A model generated the notes under the pieces. The model did not search any database. It was not told the DNA's origin and was given only the letters and a program-made list of their open reading frames with translations. Positions 8,891-15,891 of a stretch of 34,893 nucleotides of DNA are shown here, piece by piece. The stretch is from Verrucomicrobiota bacterium (lineage in GTDB: Bacteria; Verrucomicrobiota; Verrucomicrobiia; Limisphaerales; CANJSG01), in assembly GCA_038209745.1 (NCBI GenBank), contig JBBQXJ010000051.1, forward strand, positions 1 to 34,893, read 5' to 3'. The position numbers were made by a program, and so were the translations under genes. Numbering within the stretch: position 1 is the first letter of the stretch; every line of letters starts with the position of its first letter.

Positions 8891-10426
8891 ATGCCCTCCA
8901 AATCCAAATGGGACTTCGGCGATCTCTTCGGTCAGCAGCCAGCGGAGACCAAGCCCGCCTCCAAGACGAAGAAGAAAGCCCCTCCCGCCGCTTCGCCGGG
9001 CCCGACCGGTGGCGCAGTCGAGCCGCCGGTCGAGCCGGCCATTCCGGCTGTAGCCGCGAAGCCGGCAACGCCGTTGGTTCCGCCGCCGCGCCGCGTCCTG
9101 ACCGTCAGCGAATTGACCTGGGAAGTGAAGCGCCTGCTGGAGCGCCAAGTGGGCCGGGTCTGGGTCGAGGGCGAGATCACCAACCTCCGGATGCAGGCCT
9201 CGGGCCATGCCTACTTCACGCTGAAGGATGTCGGCTCGCAGGTCGGTTGTGTGCTGTTCCGCGGCGAACGCGTCGGCGCGGGCCGCGAGGCGCTGGCCGA
9301 TGGCCGCAAGGTGTTGCTGGAGGGTGAACTCACCGTCTACGAGGCGCGCGGGCAGTACCAGCTCCGCGTCTCCGCCATTGAACCCCAGGGCCAAGGCGCG
9401 CTGCAGGCGGCGTACGAACGGCTCAAGAAACAGTTGCAGGCCGAAGGCCTTTTCGCACCCGAACGCAAGCGGCCCATCCCCAAGTTTCCGCGACGTATCG
9501 GGCTCGTCACGTCGCCGACCGGGGCCGCGATCCGCGATGTCCTCCACGTTCTGCAACGACGTGGCGCCGCCTTCGAGATCGTCCTTGTTGCCAGCCGCGT
9601 GCAGGGCGACGGCGCAGCGGCGGAGATCGCCGACGCCATTCGCCAACTCAACCGCTGGTCGGCCGGGCGCGAACCTTTGGACGTCATCCTGATCACGCGG
9701 GGCGGCGGCAGCCTCGAAGATTTGTGGGCCTTCAACGAAGAGGCCGTCGCGCGCGCGGTCTTCGAGTCCGCCGTTCCGATCGTCTCCGCCGTCGGCCATG
9801 AGATCGACTTCAGCATCGCGGACTTCGTCGCCGATCTCCGCGCCGCCACGCCCAGCGCCGCCGCCGAACTCCTGAGCGAAGGCTACTTCTCCAGCCGCGA
9901 AACCGTCTCGGATTTGGCGGAACGACTCGGGCTCCTCGCGCGCCGAGGCGTGGCCGACCGTCTGGACGATCTTGCCCAGCTCATTGCCCGACTGACCCGG
10001 GTGCATCCGCGCCGCAAGCTCGATGAAAAGCTGCAGCGCCTCGACGAGGCCACCGATGGAATGGCCCGCCGGGCCCGGTCGCGCTTTCGCGAACTCGAAA
10101 TCCGCACGCGGACGGTGGCGGAACGGTTCGGTCGGGTTCGGCCCGAGCTGTGGCTGCGAGACCGTCGCGAGCGACTGATCCGCGCCTCGGAAACCCTGCG
10201 GCGCCTCGCGCTCCAATCGATCCGCCACCGACGCGACGAACTCGCCGCCGCCGAGTCCCGTCTCCGGCTCCTGTCGCCCGATGCCGTCCTGCACCGCGGC
10301 TACTCGATCACCTTCGACGCCGTCTCGGGGCGGGTGGTCCGCTCCACGGAAGGGTTGGAGCCGGGAACGCGGCTGAAGACCCGACTGGCCGACGGCGAAC
10401 TCACGAGCCGCGTGGAAGCGCCGTGA
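8891..10426 (+). CDS. xseA: Exodeoxyribonuclease VII large subunit
   Basis: OB-fold (VWVEGEITN..SGHAYFTLKD), TSPTGAAIRD, RGGGSLEDLWAFNEE, SAVGHEIDF, TPSAAAE, C-terminal LSP..VL.RGYS. Confidence 0.96.
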   Translation: MPSKSKWDFGDLFGQQPAETKPASKTKKKAPPAASPGPTGGAVEPPVEPAIPAVAAKPATPLVPPPRRVLTVSELTWEVKRLLERQVGRVWVEGEITNLRMQASGHAYFTLKDVGSQVGCVLFRGERVGAGREALADGRKVLLEGELTVYEARGQYQLRVSAIEPQGQGALQAAYERLKKQLQAEGLFAPERKRPIPKFPRRIGLVTSPTGAAIRDVLHVLQRRGAAFEIVLVASRVQGDGAAAEIADAIRQLNRWSAGREPLDVILITRGGGSLEDLWAFNEEAVARAVFESAVPIVSAVGHEIDFSIADFVADLRAATPSAAAELLSEGYFSSRETVSDLAERLGLLARRGVADRLDDLAQLIARLTRVHPRRKLDEKLQRLDEATDGMARRARSRFRELEIRTRTVAERFGRVRPELWLRDRRERLIRASETLRRLALQSIRHRRDELAAAESRLRLLSPDAVLHRGYSITFDAVSGRVVRSTEGLEPGTRLKTRLADGELTSRVEAP

Positions 10427-10438
10427 CGCCTCGGCTGC

Positions 10439-10810
10439 TCATCGGCGGAAACCGCACGTCAGCGTGAAAAACTGGGGATTCAGATGGGCCAGAGGTCCGC
10501 GAAGCTTCGCCAGTTCGGCTTCCGGTCCGTGGATTTCAAGCCGCGTGATCTCGGAGATCTTCAGGGCTTCGCCCAGCAGCTCCCCGACGTTCTCCAGGTG
10601 GGCCAGCAAACCTTCGCCGTCCTGGTAGCCTTCGCGGCAATGGGCTTGGTCGCCATCGAAGCAGAAGCCGTAGTAGAGGCACTTGGCTTCTGATCTCGTT
10701 TTGGCGACGAAGCGAACGGTCAGAACCTTGAACGCCTCAAGGTTGGCCGGGGGAATCTTGAAGTAGGGAACGATGGAGCAGCAGGTGTCGGCAGTGGATG
10801 CGGGGCTCAT
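10439..10810 (-). CDS. Small ABM/dimeric alpha-beta barrel protein (putative quinol monooxygenase-like)
   Basis: 123 aa from ATG 10810: SIVPYFKI...TRSEAKCLYYGF..DGD.AHCREGY.D.EGLLAHL.NV. The long ORF-track call 10439..11611 wrongly fuses it to a shadow frame. Confidence 0.75.
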   Translation of the reverse strand: MSPASTADTCCSIVPYFKIPPANLEAFKVLTVRFVAKTRSEAKCLYYGFCFDGDQAHCREGYQDGEGLLAHLENVGELLGEALKISEITRLEIHGPEAELAKLRGPLAHLNPQFFTLTCGFRR

Positions 10811-10873
10811 GATATATAAGGTGAGGATCGCGGGTTTCTCTCGATGTTTCGTCCAGTCTGGAATGCGTGGGAC

Positions 10874-10893
10874 GACCTTCGGGTCTTTTTTTT
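10874..10893 (+). terminator. Intrinsic terminator-like hairpin
   Basis: GACC-TTCG-GGTC (cUUCGg tetraloop) followed by 8 T. Confidence 0.6.
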
Positions 10894-10956
10894 GGCGGAA
10901 GATTCCTTCGGTCCGGCTCGTCGGTGAATGCCTTGGAATTCGAGATCCGGAAGAGC

Positions 10957-11679
10957 TTATCGCGGCCGGATGAGGATCTCCTCCAGGACGGCGCGGGCGG
11001 GCAGGTTGATGGCCAGGAGAACGCATTCGGCGATGTCTTCGGGCTGGAGCATCTTTTCGCGGGCCTCCGCCGAGGGGGGCGCGGGGCGCTTGTCGAGAAG
11101 GGGAGTGGCAATGTCCCCGGGCATGAGGGCGCAGGCGCGGATGCCGTTGGCGCGTTCCTCGGCGTTGATGGCCTGGGTGAGGCCGACGAGGCCGGCCTTG
11201 GACATGGAGTAGGAGGGACCGGCCTTGGGGCTGGCCTGCTTGGCGGCGTCGGAGACGATGTTGACGATGGTGCCGGATTTCCGTTGCCGCATCCCGGGGA
11301 GGAAAGCCTGGGTGGTGTAGTAGGGACCGTGGAGATTGGTGGCGATGACGCGCTCGTAGTCGGCGGGCGAGAGCTCGGCGAGGCTTCGCCTGGGGATGTT
11401 CGTGCCGGCGGCGTTGACGAGGACATCGACGGAGCCGAACTGCTGGAGGATGGCCTGGCCGGTGGCGGCAACTTCGGCGGCGCTGCCGACGTCGCAGATG
11501 AAGGGCTTGATGGAGTCGGAAAGGTCCGCTGCCGGACGGAGGGTGTCTTCGAGGGTTTCGGGGCGGCGGGCGATGGCGGCGACGGTCCAGCCTTCTTTGG
11601 CGAGGGCCCAACAGACGGCCTGGCCCACGCCACTGCCGGCTCCGGTGACGACGGCGACCTTCTTCGGAGATTCGTTCAT
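10957..11679 (-). CDS. SDR family oxidoreductase
   Basis: TGAGSGVG Rossmann motif, NAAG, YSMSK catalytic YxxxK, PG.IAT. Confidence 0.93.
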   Translation of the reverse strand: MNESPKKVAVVTGAGSGVGQAVCWALAKEGWTVAAIARRPETLEDTLRPAADLSDSIKPFICDVGSAAEVAATGQAILQQFGSVDVLVNAAGTNIPRRSLAELSPADYERVIATNLHGPYYTTQAFLPGMRQRKSGTIVNIVSDAAKQASPKAGPSYSMSKAGLVGLTQAINAEERANGIRACALMPGDIATPLLDKRPAPPSAEAREKMLQPEDIAECVLLAINLPARAVLEEILIRPR

Positions 11680-11831
11680 GGGCGGCAGTGATAGCGGCCG
11701 GGAGGGGTGTCGGCCAGTCGGATCCGGGGCAATTTCGATGTCTTCATATCGCTTTTAATCCTCAATTCCGGACTGGTAGCGTCTTGAAGCCGACGGTTCG
11801 CGTCGCATACCAAAAACACCTGCCAAGCCAC

Positions 11832-14015
11832 ATGAGCCACCAATGGAAATTTTTCCGCGCGGGCGGATTCGACCAAGTCAGACTCGCGTCCGGCGCGGAC
11901 TTGATGAACCTCGACCAACTGGACCAGAAGCTCTGGGTCGCATTGGCCTGTCCGACCGCGGGACTGGAGTTTGATCCCGCCACCCTCGCCCTGATCGACT
12001 CCGACAATGACGGGCGGATCCGGGTGCCGGAACTGATCGCGGCGATCAAGTGGGCGGGTTCGATGTTGAAGGATTCCAACCAGCTGGTCTCCGGCGGAAA
12101 CGCCCTCCCGCTTTCCTCGATCAACGATGCCACGCCCGAGGGCAAGGCGTTGCTCGCCTCCGCCAGGCGGATTCTCGGCAATCTCGGAAAGGACGAATCG
12201 CTGTCGCTGGCGATCGAGGACGCCTGCGATACGACGAAGATATTCGCCAACACAGCCTTCAACGGCGACGGCGTGATCACGGAGGTCTCGACCGAAGACG
12301 CCGCGCTGAAGCAGGTGATCGCCGACGTCGTCGCGTGTCTCGGCACGGAAGCCGATCGTTGCGGCAAACCGGGCGTCAACCAGGCGAAGATCGACACGTT
12401 CTTCGCGGCCGCGGCCGCGCACATGGAATGGGCCAAGAAGCCCGACGCCGACGCCGCCATCGCGCCGCTGGGCGACAAGACCACGGACGCGAGCGCAGCG
12501 ATCCAGGCCGTGCAGGCCAAGGTCGACGACTACTTCGGCCGTTGCCGCTTGGCCGCGTTCGACGCCCGGGCCCAGTCGCTCCTGAACCGCAAGGAGGAAG
12601 AATACATCGTCTTCGCGGCGAAGGATTTTTCCATCACCGCGGCCGAGATCAGGGAGTTCCCCCTCGCCAAGGTGGAGCCCAACAAGGCGTTGCCGCTGAC
12701 GGAGGGGATGAACCCCGCCTGGGCCGACGCCATCGCCACCCTGGTGGCCGCGGCGGTGAAGCCGATCCTCGGCGACAAGTCCTCGTTGACCGAGGGCGAC
12801 TGGGCCGCGCTCAAGGCGAAGCTCGCTCCGTTCAACGCTTGGCAGGCGGGCAAGGCCGGCACCTCCGTGGAGAAGCTGGGCGTGGCACGGCTGACCGAGA
12901 TCATCGACGGCCAGGCCAAGGAGCAATTGACGGTGCTCGTCGTCGAGGATCTCGCCCTCAAAGAGGAGGCGGATTCCATCTCCAACGTCGAGAAGCTCGC
13001 GCGCTACTACCGGGACCTGCACCACCTCTGCACGAACTTCGTGAACTTCGCCGATTTCTACGCCGGCGGAGGGCGGGCGGTTTTCCAGTGCGGGACCCTC
13101 TATCTCGACCAAAGGAGCTGCACGCTGTGCATCCCGGTGGCGGACGCCGCGAAGCACGCGACGATGGCGGGACTGGCCGGGGCCTACCTCGCCTACGTCG
13201 ACTGCGTGCGGAAAGCCACGGGCGAAAAGATGGGGATCGTCGCCATCTTCTCCCAAGGCGACGACGACAACCTGATGGTCGGTCGCAACGGTCTTTTCTA
13301 CGATCGAAAGGGCCGCGACTACGACGCCACCATCACCAAGATCGTCTCCAATCCCATCAGTATTCGGCAGGCCTTCTGGTCGCCCTACAAGAAGTTCGTC
13401 CGACTCATCGAGGAACTGGCCACGAAGCGCGCCGCTGCCGCCGATGCCGAGGCGGCCGCCAAGCTGGCGGCCACCGCCCAGAGCGTAACCACCGCGGATA
13501 AAGCCGGGGTGAAGGCTCCCGAGAAGAAGAAGATGGATGTCGGCACCGTGGCCGCTCTGGGGGTGGCCTTCGGAGCCATCGGCGGTTTCCTTGCCGCCAT
13601 GCTGACCTTCGGCAAGGACATCGTGGCCGCAGGGCCCTTGGCCATCGTCGGAGTCTTTATCGGCATCGTCGCCCTGATCTCGGGACCGTCGATGATCCTC
13701 GCCATCATCAAGCTGAGGAAGCGCAACCTGGGGCCGATCCTCGACGCCAATGGCTGGGCCGTGAACGCGAAGGCCAAGGTCAACGTGCCCTTCGGCACGA
13801 GCCTGACCGGCATCGCCAAACTGCCGCCCGGATCCAGTCGCGACCTCTCGGATAAATACGCCGAGAAGACCTTCCCGTGGAAGAGATGGTTGGTTCTTGT
13901 GATCGTCCTTTTCCTCGGCTGGAAGTGGTATGTCGGGGATCTCGACAGCGTGCTGCCTGGCAAGGTGAAGAGCACCTCCGTCATGGGCACCAACGCGCCG
14001 GCCGCGAATCCCTGA
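11832..14015 (+). CDS. Conserved-looking hypothetical membrane-anchored protein with EF-hand loop (727 aa)
   Basis: Strong GC3 codon bias from ATG 11832 (MSHQWKFFRAGGFDQV). EF-hand loop DSDNDGRIRVPE; C-terminal hydrophobic segments. Confidence 0.8.
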   Translation: MSHQWKFFRAGGFDQVRLASGADLMNLDQLDQKLWVALACPTAGLEFDPATLALIDSDNDGRIRVPELIAAIKWAGSMLKDSNQLVSGGNALPLSSINDATPEGKALLASARRILGNLGKDESLSLAIEDACDTTKIFANTAFNGDGVITEVSTEDAALKQVIADVVACLGTEADRCGKPGVNQAKIDTFFAAAAAHMEWAKKPDADAAIAPLGDKTTDASAAIQAVQAKVDDYFGRCRLAAFDARAQSLLNRKEEEYIVFAAKDFSITAAEIREFPLAKVEPNKALPLTEGMNPAWADAIATLVAAAVKPILGDKSSLTEGDWAALKAKLAPFNAWQAGKAGTSVEKLGVARLTEIIDGQAKEQLTVLVVEDLALKEEADSISNVEKLARYYRDLHHLCTNFVNFADFYAGGGRAVFQCGTLYLDQRSCTLCIPVADAAKHATMAGLAGAYLAYVDCVRKATGEKMGIVAIFSQGDDDNLMVGRNGLFYDRKGRDYDATITKIVSNPISIRQAFWSPYKKFVRLIEELATKRAAAADAEAAAKLAATAQSVTTADKAGVKAPEKKKMDVGTVAALGVAFGAIGGFLAAMLTFGKDIVAAGPLAIVGVFIGIVALISGPSMILAIIKLRKRNLGPILDANGWAVNAKAKVNVPFGTSLTGIAKLPPGSSRDLSDKYAEKTFPWKRWLVLVIVLFLGWKWYVGDLDSVLPGKVKSTSVMGTNAPAANP

Positions 14016-14097
14016 GGCGTTTCCCCTCGAGCTCGACCCGCCCGGACTCGGACGCTTCCGGACACACCAGGCGGTGAACCGCTTCCTGCGCCTCCGA

Positions 14098-14146
14098 TGG
14101 ACCGCGAGGGCGCGGTCCACTGCGCCCGGGGGCGGGCGCGCTCCCC
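14098..14146. repeat. REP-like double hairpin
   Basis: TGGACCGCG-aggg-CGCGGTCCA followed by GCGCCCG-gggg-CGGGCGC-gctcccc. Intergenic. Confidence 0.6.
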
Positions 14147-14310
14147 TATCCCCACTGCATCGTTCCTGTTATGTCACCGACGGTCGGTCAGCCTGTTTGT
14201 CGCAATCGATTCTTGCCCGTCGGGTTGGATGGGGCGATTCACTCTCCGAGCCGTTCGGTCTTGGTTCCGTTTCCTGAAACAGATCGAGGGTCAACCGTTC
14301 CTGAAACTCC

Positions 14311-15867
14311 ATGCCACCTGCCGATCTGCCACTCGACCGTCAACTCCGCCAGGAGATCCTTCTCGCCCGGGAGCGCGTCTACCGGTTCGGCCAACCGACG
14401 CCGATGGAGAGGCTGGTTTTGCCGGGGACCGATCCTGGCCCCGAGGTCTGGGTCAAGCGCGAGGACCTCTCGCCGGTCAAGGCCTACAAATGGCGGGGCG
14501 CCTGCAATCGCATGGCCGTCCTGACGGCGGAGGAGATTGGGCGCGGCGTGGTGACCGCTTCGGCCGGGAACCATGCCCAGGGCGTGGCTCTGGCCGCCAA
14601 GCAGCTCGGCATTCGCGCCCGCATCCACATGCCGCGCTCGACCCCCCGGGTGAAGCAGAACGCGGTGCGATTCCACGGGGATGATCGCGTCGAGATCGTC
14701 CTTTCCGGTGACAGCTACGATGAGGCGGTCACCGTTGCACGCGCCGAAGAGGCGGCCACCGGCGCGATCTACGTCCATGCCTACGACGATCTATTGGTGA
14801 TGGCGGGCCAGGGCACGCTGGCCGATGAGATCGTCCTGTCCGGAAAAGGCCCGTTCGACACGGCCTTTCTCCAGATCGGCGGAGGCGGCATGGCTTCGGC
14901 GGTTTCGAGTTGGCTCCGGCTCCACTGGCCGGAGATCGATCTCGTGGGCGTGGAAGGCGTGGGCCAAGCCTCCATGAAGGCCGCGTTCGATGCGGGCCAT
15001 CCGGCGGCGATCGACCAGGTCGACATTTTCTGCGACGGCACCGCCGTGAGAAAGGCCGGGGCCCTGCCGTTCGAGATCTGCCGGGAAACCCTGGCTCGGA
15101 TCGAGACCGTGACCAATGCGGAGGTGAGCGCCGCGATCCGGGTGCTGTGGGAAGGGCTGCGCTGCATCTCGGAACCTTCGGGAGCGATGGGACTCGCCGC
15201 CGTGCTGAAGAACCGGGCCGCGTTGGCGGGCAAGCGCGTCGTGGTCGTGGTGACCGGCGCGAACATCGATTTTCTCCAGCTTGGACTGATCGCCCAGTCG
15301 CAGGGCGCGGCGGGCGAACATGTCCGGACGCTGCGGGTCCACATTTCCGAACAACGAGGGACCATGTTGGCGCTGTTGGATTCGTGTTTTGTGGGGCTCG
15401 ACGTGGCGGACTTCCAATATGGAAAGGTCGACCCGGGCGAAGCGTGGCCCTCCTTCACGCTGGGCTCGACGGACGCGGCAGCCTTGGTGGGGCTTCCCGA
15501 ACGGCTCCGCGCGGCCGGCTTCGAATGGGAGGAAATCACCGACGGGGTGGACACCGCGTTCCGGGCCATCCCGTTGCGCGGGGACCTGCTGGCGCATCCC
15601 GTGTTCCTGCGGCTCGATTTCTATGAACGCGCCGGGGCGCTCCATGACTTCCTCGACCGCGTGGTGCGGGGACGGGCGGACATCTGCTACTTCAACTATC
15701 GCCAATCGGGCGAACGAATCGGCCGGGCGTTGATCGGGCTCGACTTCGCATCCGCCGCCGCGCGGGACGAGTTTTTGGCTTCGATCCCGGAACACGGGGA
15801 TGGCTTCCGATCGTGCAAGCCTGTCGATGCTTTGACCTGCACCCGGCTCACCGGCGGACATTGCTGA
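14311..15867 (+). CDS. ilvA: Threonine ammonia-lyase (PLP-dependent) with C-terminal regulatory ACT-like domains
   Basis: KREDL...YKWRGA PLP lysine, ASAGNHAQGVA, AGQGT, IGGGG, DG.AV, EPSGA, GAN.DF, C-terminal ER.GAL motif. Confidence 0.88.
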   Translation: MPPADLPLDRQLRQEILLARERVYRFGQPTPMERLVLPGTDPGPEVWVKREDLSPVKAYKWRGACNRMAVLTAEEIGRGVVTASAGNHAQGVALAAKQLGIRARIHMPRSTPRVKQNAVRFHGDDRVEIVLSGDSYDEAVTVARAEEAATGAIYVHAYDDLLVMAGQGTLADEIVLSGKGPFDTAFLQIGGGGMASAVSSWLRLHWPEIDLVGVEGVGQASMKAAFDAGHPAAIDQVDIFCDGTAVRKAGALPFEICRETLARIETVTNAEVSAAIRVLWEGLRCISEPSGAMGLAAVLKNRAALAGKRVVVVVTGANIDFLQLGLIAQSQGAAGEHVRTLRVHISEQRGTMLALLDSCFVGLDVADFQYGKVDPGEAWPSFTLGSTDAAALVGLPERLRAAGFEWEEITDGVDTAFRAIPLRGDLLAHPVFLRLDFYERAGALHDFLDRVVRGRADICYFNYRQSGERIGRALIGLDFASAAARDEFLASIPEHGDGFRSCKPVDALTCTRLTGGHC

Positions 15868-15891
15868 ACGGGACTCTGGCCGATACCCGCG

